From an uncultured Actinomycetes bacterium (lineage in GTDB: Bacteria; Actinomycetota; Thermoleophilia; Solirubrobacterales; Solirubrobacteraceae): a stretch of DNA of 64,000 nt. Position 1 is the stretch's first letter. Each line of letters begins with the position of its first letter. The position numbers and the translations under genes were made by a program. This document shows positions 58,014 through 64,000 of the stretch, piece by piece. Location of the stretch: contig CAVVVM010000004.1 of assembly GCA_963751715.1 (NCBI GenBank), positions 122 to 64,121 on the forward strand, written 5' to 3'. Under the pieces are notes generated by a model that saw only the letters and a list, made by a program, of their open reading frames with translations, ran no database searches and was not told the DNA's origin.

Positions 58014-59330
58014 ATGCGAATCCTGAAGTGGTCTGAACTGGGCTCCGCGGAGCGAGTGGAGCTTGTCGAGCGGCGCGATACCTCGCGGGCGATGTTCGAT
58101 CCCGAGCTGCGCCGGCAGATCACGGACTTGGTGGACGATGTAGCGGCTCGCGGCGACTCAGCGGTTGTCGACGCGACCAGGTCCTTCGACTCAGTCGAAC
58201 TCGATCCCGAATGGCTGATCCTCGATCCCGATGCGATCGAGGAGCAGGCCGCCTCGACCCCCGCTCCCGTTCGGGACGCGATCGCTGTGGCGATTGCATC
58301 CTCAAGGGCGTTCAATGAGGCGGCAGACCCGGGCCGCGAATGGCGCAAGGTGATCGGCGAGGGCTACGAGGTGGGGGAGAAGATCACCCCGATCGAGTCC
58401 GCCGGGCTGTTCGTCCCGGCAGGCAAGGGGTCGTTCCCGTCGGTCCTCGTCCAGATCGGGACACCGGCCAAGGTTGCCGGCGTCGAGCGCACTCTTGTGA
58501 TCGTCCCGCCCGACCCCGCGACCGGCAGGCCCGACCCGGCCGTGTTGGAGGTTGCCCGTCAGCTCGGGATCGCCGAGGTTCTCTGCGCGAACGGCCCGGC
58601 CGGGGTCGCAGCCGCTGCCTTGGGCACCGAGAGCGTCGAGCCGGTCGTGAAGATCGTCGGGCCGGGCAGCCCGCCCGTCTCGGCAGCGATGCTCGAATGC
58701 CAGAGCCGGGGATGCGTGACCCAGATGGTCCTCGGGCCGACCGAGAGCGTGATCGTCGCCGACGGATCCGCCGATCTCGACCGCCTCGCAGCCGACCTGC
58801 TCAACGAGGCCGAGCACGGCCCCGATTCGTCGGTCTTCCTGATCACGGCCGAGGAGGCGATCCTCGCCGAGCTCGGCTCCAGGGTCGAGCAGCGCCTGGC
58901 CGCACTTCCCGAACAGCGCTCCGAGTGGGCGAGGATCGCGATCACCCGCAACGGGGGAGCGGTCGTCGTCGCCGACATGGAAGAGGCTGCAGAGCTGGTC
59001 GACCTGATCGCGCCGGAGCACGTCCAGCTGGCAGTCGCCGACCCGGAGGCCCTGCTCGCCGAGATCAGCCACGCAGGCGAAGTGCTGCTCGGCCAGGGGG
59101 CGTCGTTCGCCCTCGCCAACTACACCGTCGGCGTGCCGGCATCGCTGCCGACGGGCCGGTTCGCCCGGGTATCGTCGGGGATCACCGTCGAGACATTCCT
59201 CAAGCGCACATCGATCGCGAAGCTGACCGACCCGGCCGTCTCGACCATCGACGAAGCGGCGCTCGCCTTGGCCGAGCACGAGGACTTCCCGGCTCACGCC
59301 GAGGCCCTGCGCGCGCGCCGGGTCGACTGA
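58014..59330 (+). CDS. Histidinol-dehydrogenase-family oxidoreductase (divergent; not in a his operon)
   Basis: Intact 438 aa with NEAEHGPDS and IAPEHVQLAV. The GDY..NHVLPT box reads ANYTVGVPASLPT. Confidence 0.75.
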   Translation: MRILKWSELGSAERVELVERRDTSRAMFDPELRRQITDLVDDVAARGDSAVVDATRSFDSVELDPEWLILDPDAIEEQAASTPAPVRDAIAVAIASSRAFNEAADPGREWRKVIGEGYEVGEKITPIESAGLFVPAGKGSFPSVLVQIGTPAKVAGVERTLVIVPPDPATGRPDPAVLEVARQLGIAEVLCANGPAGVAAAALGTESVEPVVKIVGPGSPPVSAAMLECQSRGCVTQMVLGPTESVIVADGSADLDRLAADLLNEAEHGPDSSVFLITAEEAILAELGSRVEQRLAALPEQRSEWARIAITRNGGAVVVADMEEAAELVDLIAPEHVQLAVADPEALLAEISHAGEVLLGQGASFALANYTVGVPASLPTGRFARVSSGITVETFLKRTSIAKLTDPAVSTIDEAALALAEHEDFPAHAEALRARRVD

Positions 59331-59353
59331 CGGCCCGCCCGCGGGCTCTCGGG

Positions 59354-60907
59354 ATGGAACCGGTCGAGGCCACGACGGGCAAGGCGACCGGAGGCCGGGG
59401 CCCTCGCTCGGTCGCCATCGCGTTCGTCAGGAGCGACCTGTGGATCCCGGCGCTCGCCCTCGTCCTGGCGAAGCTGACGATGTTCCAGGCGACGGCAGCG
59501 GTCGGCGACCCGATGACGTGGAGCCGGTGGGGCAGGGAGATCGGAGTCGGGGGGTTCTCGCTCGACCTGACGAACGTGACGACGAGCTGGAAGCCGCTGC
59601 CTGTCGCCTTCACGACCGTCTACGGATTCTTCGGCCAGTCGGCGCCGAACCTGTGGCTGCTGACCGCGCGTGCCGGGGCGATCGCAGCCGTGATCCTCGG
59701 CTTCCGCGTCGCAGCGAAGCTGGTCGACGACCCGCGCGATGAGAGGCCGACGAGCCGGTGGCCAGCGGTCCTCGGCGGCCTGCTCTCCTCCGTCCTGATC
59801 GCCTGGATCCTGATCCCCTTCAGTTGGCAGGGGTTCTCGGAGGGTCTGACGGTCGCGCTGCTGCTCGGCTGCTTTGACCAGATGCTCAAGGGCCGCCATG
59901 GGGTGGCGCTCGTTCTCGGTTGGGCCTCGTGCCTCGGTCGCCCTGAGCCTGTGCTGATCGTCGGCGCTTACAGCGCTTGGGTGTGGCGGAGAGAGAGCCG
60001 ACTGAGGCCGGCCGTCCTCGGTCTGCCGCTGATGGTCGTCTTGCTCTGGCTCGTGCCGGACCGACTCGGGTCGGGCGAATGGCTGCACGCCGGGAGCCTG
60101 CTCGAATCCGTGCAGCTCGACTCCTCGGGCCGATCCACCCACGACCCGGCTGACGACAGTGCCCTGAGCGTGTTCGCGAAGGCATTCAGCGGGTTGCCCC
60201 TGATCGCGCTGCTGACACTGCCGCTCGGCGGGCTCGCCGTGATCGGCGACCTCCGCTCGGGGAGGCGTGCCGCCGGCCTGCTCGCGGTCGGTGCGGTCGT
60301 CACCGCAGCCGTTTGCGCAGTGCTCGTCGCTCGGGCCGGTCCGGGCCTGACGGCCGGTGGCGTCCTGCGCTACCTGATCGTCCCGCAGTCGCTGCTCGCA
60401 GTCGTCTGCGGCTTTGGCGTCGGGTCGGCGTTCGCTCTCGCCTGGGCGGCATCGGTCCGGCTGGACGCCGCCGCCCGCCCCGCTCAAGCGCTCTTGGCGG
60501 CTGCCGGGCTGATCCTCGTCAGCTGGTTCAGCCTCGCTTCGGTCGCGCCGCTCGTCGACCGGGCGCAGGAGGTTCAGGCCTATCACCGACTGATGTACAA
60601 GGACCTCGAGCGGCTGATCGCAGCGGCCGGCGGGCCACGGCCGGTCCTGCGCTGCGGGCCGCTCGTCGGCAACCGGACGTCGATCGCGAAGTTCCTCTGG
60701 CTGCTTGACTCGAACGGCTCGGCGCTGTCCAAGCGGGGAGGCCCGGACGACCCTTACAGTCGCCTGCCCTTCGATCATGGAACGACGATCAGGCTCGACC
60801 GCGAAGATGCGGGAGACGGTCGTTGGGACCCGATCGCCCCGGGTGCGGTGAGGATCGCGGGCTACGGGCCGTGGTCGATCTGGCAGCGCTGTCCCAGGCC
60901 CAGCTGA
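59354..60907 (+). CDS. Polytopic membrane protein, GT-C-like glycosyltransferase candidate
   Basis: MEPVEATTG start at 59354. About 10 or more hydrophobic segments over 517 aa. The first third of the 855-aa ORF 58340..60907 is only an out-of-frame overlap of the previous gene. Confidence 0.55.
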   Translation: MEPVEATTGKATGGRGPRSVAIAFVRSDLWIPALALVLAKLTMFQATAAVGDPMTWSRWGREIGVGGFSLDLTNVTTSWKPLPVAFTTVYGFFGQSAPNLWLLTARAGAIAAVILGFRVAAKLVDDPRDERPTSRWPAVLGGLLSSVLIAWILIPFSWQGFSEGLTVALLLGCFDQMLKGRHGVALVLGWASCLGRPEPVLIVGAYSAWVWRRESRLRPAVLGLPLMVVLLWLVPDRLGSGEWLHAGSLLESVQLDSSGRSTHDPADDSALSVFAKAFSGLPLIALLTLPLGGLAVIGDLRSGRRAAGLLAVGAVVTAAVCAVLVARAGPGLTAGGVLRYLIVPQSLLAVVCGFGVGSAFALAWAASVRLDAAARPAQALLAAAGLILVSWFSLASVAPLVDRAQEVQAYHRLMYKDLERLIAAAGGPRPVLRCGPLVGNRTSIAKFLWLLDSNGSALSKRGGPDDPYSRLPFDHGTTIRLDREDAGDGRWDPIAPGAVRIAGYGPWSIWQRCPRPS

Positions 60908-60962
60908 CCGCCGGGAGGGCCCTCGGTGCCTGCGCGACGCAAGCGCGCTGGAGCGGGCTCCC

Positions 60963-61880
60963 TCAGGCCGGCTTGCGGGCGCCGAGCAGCAGGTTGTAGA
61001 AGATCGATGCCGGCAGCCTGCCTTCGAGCAGGCCGCGGTCGACCCGCTGCAGCGCGAGGTAGCCGCGATAGGCGTATTGGCGCCACGCCCACGGGACATC
61101 TTCGGGCGCAGCGCTCGCCTCGAGAACCCGGTTGGTCCAGCCGAACCAGTTGGCGAGCAGCTCCTCGCCGACGACCTTGACATCCGTGAAGCCGGCCCTC
61201 TCGACGGGGGCGGTCAGGGCTCCGGGTTCAAAGGCGTGGATGTCGACGTACCGCTCGAGGTCGTGCTCCTCGGCCGTGCCGGAGCCGTCCTCGTGGGGCT
61301 TGGGTGCGGGCTTCGCTCCGACGGCGCGCCGCCAGAGCGGGGCGACCCTTCCCGCGGCTCCCTTCGGGACGCGAGCGATCCGGTCGCCGAGGCGGGAGGG
61401 CTCGCCGCCAAAGAACAGCAAGCCTCCGGGCTTCAGTACCCGATGGAATTCGGCGAAGGCGGCGTCGAGGTCGGGCAGGTGATGGAGGACGGCATGGCCG
61501 ATCACGGTGTCGACCGACCCGTCGGCAAGCGGAAGCTGCGCGGCCTCGCAGACGTGGGTCTCGACCGGGAGGTCGAGTCGGTCGGCGTTCGCCTCGAGGA
61601 CGTCGATCATCCCCTGTGAGATGTCGGTCGCGACGACCTCGTCGCAGGCTCCTCCGAGCAGCAGGTTGAGTGAGAAGTAGCCGGTCCCCGAGCCGATCTC
61701 GACAACCTTGCCCAGCGGCGGCAGCGGGCTGCCGAGCACCTTCTCGATCTTGCCCGAGACCTGCTGCAGGCCGATCGGTCCGAAGTCGATTCCCCATTTT
61801 GCGTCATACGTCACCGCGGCGCAGTCGTGGTAGCGCTCGTTGACCTCGCGGATCTCTTCGTCTGTGGAGGGGGCGTGCAT
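60963..61880 (-). CDS. Class I SAM-dependent methyltransferase
   Basis: MHAPSTDEE start at 61880. VVEIGSGTGYFSLNLL (motif I), DTVIGHAVLHHLPD, VLKPGGLLFFGGEP. Confidence 0.8.
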   Translation of the reverse strand: MHAPSTDEEIREVNERYHDCAAVTYDAKWGIDFGPIGLQQVSGKIEKVLGSPLPPLGKVVEIGSGTGYFSLNLLLGGACDEVVATDISQGMIDVLEANADRLDLPVETHVCEAAQLPLADGSVDTVIGHAVLHHLPDLDAAFAEFHRVLKPGGLLFFGGEPSRLGDRIARVPKGAAGRVAPLWRRAVGAKPAPKPHEDGSGTAEEHDLERYVDIHAFEPGALTAPVERAGFTDVKVVGEELLANWFGWTNRVLEASAAPEDVPWAWRQYAYRGYLALQRVDRGLLEGRLPASIFYNLLLGARKPA

Positions 61881-61907
61881 GTCGCGGTGAGAATACCCTT
61901 CAGGGTC

Positions 61908-62666
61908 GTGAGCCAGTTCGTCCAGCAGGACCAGCCCCCCGGAGTCCCGCCCCTGACCCTCACCGGCGAGCGGACGCTGCCCGACGTCCCGGAGGAGAAC
62001 TACTGGTACCGCAGGCACCTCGTGGTCTACGAATGGATCGCCGAACGGGTCGCGGGAATGAGGGTCGTCGACCTCGCCTGCGGCGAGGGCTACGGCACCG
62101 ATGTTCTCTCTCGCTCGGCCAAGTCGGTCGTCGGGGTGGAGGCGAACCCCGAGACCTTCGAGCACGCGAGGCTGCGCTACACAAGCCCCAACGTTCGCTT
62201 CGAACGGACGCTCGTCGAGACCTTCGACGAGGAGGTAGACGCGGCTGTGTTCCTCCAGACGATCGAGCACGTCCAGGACGCGGACGCCGTGCTCGAAGGG
62301 ATCCGCTCGAACCTCGCACCCGGCGGCGTGGCCTACGTCTCGACGCCCAACGTGTTGACCCTCGCCCCCGAGGGCAAGGAGCGAAGCGACAACCCCTTCC
62401 ACATCCACGAGTACAGGCCCGACGAGTACGCGGAGCTGTGCCGACGCCACTTCCCGCAGGTCGAGGTGCTCGGTCTCTTCCATGCCCGCAAGCTGAGGGC
62501 CCAGGAGATCGCGATCAAGCTCGGGTGGGATTCGATCCATCCGAGGCTCGGGTTGACGCAGCCGTTCTACGACCGGTTCGTGCCCGCGATCCGCAGCAGC
62601 GACTTCACCCTGCGGCGGCGCGACCTCGACCAGTCGCTCGACCTGCTCGCCGTATGCCGGACCTGA
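61908..62666 (+). CDS. Class I SAM-dependent methyltransferase (GTG start inferred)
   Basis: RVVDLACGEGYGTDVL (motif I), DAAVFLQTIEHVQD, LAPGGVAYVSTPN. Confidence 0.8.
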   Translation: MSQFVQQDQPPGVPPLTLTGERTLPDVPEENYWYRRHLVVYEWIAERVAGMRVVDLACGEGYGTDVLSRSAKSVVGVEANPETFEHARLRYTSPNVRFERTLVETFDEEVDAAVFLQTIEHVQDADAVLEGIRSNLAPGGVAYVSTPNVLTLAPEGKERSDNPFHIHEYRPDEYAELCRRHFPQVEVLGLFHARKLRAQEIAIKLGWDSIHPRLGLTQPFYDRFVPAIRSSDFTLRRRDLDQSLDLLAVCRT

Positions 62667-62694
62667 GCCGGACCGGCGAGCGGGGCCACGACCG

Positions 62695-64000
62695 GTGATC
62701 GGCCGTCCGCCGGGGCGTCGCGGCTCGCTCTCGATCGTCCTGCACACGCACATGCCGTGGGTCCTCGGTCACGGAACATGGCCTTTTGGTGAGGAGTGGC
62801 TGTGGGAAGCGGTCGCAACCTCCTACCTGCCCTTGCTCGACCTGCTCGACAGCGGCGCTCCGTTGACGCTCTCGCTGACTCCCGTGCTGCTCGACCAGCT
62901 GAACGATCCCCGGACCGAAGAGCTGTGCGGGACCTTCCTCAACGACCTGAGGCCGGAGACCCACAGGCGTGACGCCGAGGAGTTGAGGGCCCAGGGGCGC
63001 GAGGAGGAGGCCGCAGCGGTCGAGTTGTCCGCGGGGACCTACGAGCGAGCGGCAGAGAGATGGCTCGAATACGGAGGAGATCTCGTCGAGGCCTTCGCTC
63101 AGCACGCAGCGTGGACGTCGTCGGCAACCCACGAGGTACTGCCACTGGCCGCCGTCGACGGGGCGGTGAGGCTGCAGCTCGAGTCGGGGATCGAATCCCA
63201 CCGTCGCCGCTTCGGCAAGTGGAACGGCGGGCTCTGGCTGCCCGAGTGCGCCCACGCCGACTGGCTCGACCGGACGCTGGCCGAGGCGGGAGTGAGGACG
63301 ACTGTCGTCGACTGGACGGACGTCCTCGGCCCGGGCTCGCCCCGCCAGCTCGCTCCCCACCGATCGCCCGAGGGTCCGCTGCTCGTGCCGCTCGACCGGA
63401 GCCTCGTCGACCTTGTCTGGAGCCCGGCGGGCTACCCGGCCGGCCCCGAGTACCGCAACCACCACGGCCTGACCACCCACCACCACAGGGCGTGGAGCAA
63501 CGACGGCCGGCCCTACGACCCCGAGCGGGCAGCGGAGGCTCTGCGCCGCGACGCTGCGGCTTTCGTCGCTGCCGCGGCCCACAGGATCGAGCAGGCGACC
63601 GGTGCCGTGCGCGACCCGCTCGCCGTCCTCGCGGTCGACGCCGAGTTCTTCGGCCACTGGTGGCACGAGGGCGTTGACTGGCTCGCCTGCGTCGTCTCCG
63701 AGGCTGCTGCCCGGGGCCTCGAGATCGAGCGGCTGGACGACGCGGTCGCCCGGCGGCGCCCGCTTTCAGCTCCGGATCAGGTGCCCGTCACGACCTGGGG
63801 TCGCAACCGCACCCTTGAGACCTGGTCGGGGCCGAAGGTCGCCGACTACGCATGGCGGATCCGCAGGACGGAGCTGGCGGTCAGGGGAGCGGGCCGGGAG
63901 GTCGCCACGCCTGCGATCCTGCGGGCCCTGCTGGCGCTGGAGGCCTCCGACTGGGCCTTCCTTGCCGACGGCGGCGACACAGGGGAGTACCCGCAGGAGC
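62695..64000 (+). CDS. GH57-family 1,4-alpha-glucan branching enzyme-like protein (3' partial, runs off the window; absent from the ORF track)
   Basis: Translated by hand from GTG 62695: SIVLHTHMPWVLGHGTWPFGEEWLWEAVATSYLPLLDLL...LWLPECAH...LAVDAEFFGHWWHEGVDWL...LEASDWAFLADGG. No stop before 64000. Confidence 0.8.
   Translation, partial: MIGRPPGRRGSLSIVLHTHMPWVLGHGTWPFGEEWLWEAVATSYLPLLDLLDSGAPLTLSLTPVLLDQLNDPRTEELCGTFLNDLRPETHRRDAEELRAQGREEEAAAVELSAGTYERAAERWLEYGGDLVEAFAQHAAWTSSATHEVLPLAAVDGAVRLQLESGIESHRRRFGKWNGGLWLPECAHADWLDRTLAEAGVRTTVVDWTDVLGPGSPRQLAPHRSPEGPLLVPLDRSLVDLVWSPAGYPAGPEYRNHHGLTTHHHRAWSNDGRPYDPERAAEALRRDAAAFVAAAAHRIEQATGAVRDPLAVLAVDAEFFGHWWHEGVDWLACVVSEAAARGLEIERLDDAVARRRPLSAPDQVPVTTWGRNRTLETWSGPKVADYAWRIRRTELAVRGAGREVATPAILRALLALEASDWAFLADGGDTGEYPQE

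Noticed and set aside
58340-60907. The 855-aa ORF taken as one gene.
   Set aside because: The first ~338 codons overlap the HisD-family gene out of frame and are Arg-rich. The membrane protein starts at MEPVEATTG (59354), just after the HisD stop.
60963-62753. The 596-aa ORF taken as one gene.
   Set aside because: Only the last 305 codons, from MHAPSTDEE at 61880, show methyltransferase motifs. The N-terminal part is antisense to the second methyltransferase (61908..62666).
1-64000. A search for rRNA, tRNA, tmRNA, CRISPR arrays, transposases, integrases and reverse transcriptases.
   Set aside because: None was recognisable in any intergenic region or ORF translation. Small ncRNAs cannot be excluded without covariance-model tools.

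Overview
This is a GC-rich bacterial chromosomal segment (about 70% G+C by eye, with a strong GC3 bias in real genes). Its gene content looks like Actinomycetota. I saw no rRNA, tRNA, CRISPR array, transposase, integrase or reverse transcriptase.

**Accessory island (1-12.8 kb).** This part holds defence and toxin-antitoxin (TA) genes.
- It opens with a giant, almost spacerless inverted duplication centred near 3509. The right arm carries an intact restriction-modification-like module: an SPPY methyltransferase, a second methyltransferase cut off at the palindrome centre, and a divergent 550-aa PD-(D/E)xK candidate nuclease. The left arm is an indel-ridden mirror copy.
- A mosaic TA cluster follows: two Doc modules (one frameshifted), two tandem wHTH + nucleotidyltransferase pairs of the AbiE/MenAT type, a deletion remnant, and paralogous 67-aa antitoxins with repeated operator DNA.

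**Mostly core genes (12.8-64 kb).**
- Two paralogous secreted PKD-domain proteins flank an FAD oxidoreductase.
- There are further TA pairs (AbrB/RelE-like, DUF433/DUF5615, NTase) and an HD-domain hydrolase.
- Housekeeping and metabolic genes include glk-pgl-glpX, moeA, a principal sigma factor, an ArsA-like ATPase, a parA-like gene followed by ftsZ, ggt, two photolyase-family genes and egtB-egtD.
- The window ends with a locus reminiscent of mycobacterial methylglucose-lipopolysaccharide (MGLP) genes: two SAM methyltransferases plus a GH57 branching enzyme that runs off the window.

**Main caveat.** Single-base frame disruptions are clustered in blocks at 1-3.5, 22.5-32.9, 43.9-44.1, 48.9-52.3 and 56.6-57.9 kb. 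They hit essential genes (ftsZ at least 10 times, the principal sigma factor 3 times). Yet the peptide segments between them stay canonical, with no in-frame stops. I read this as most likely uncorrected indel error or an unpolished assembly rather than biology, but I cannot prove it from the sequence.

I did not find one clear-cut new system. The best candidates for something undescribed are listed as findings, with their limits stated.
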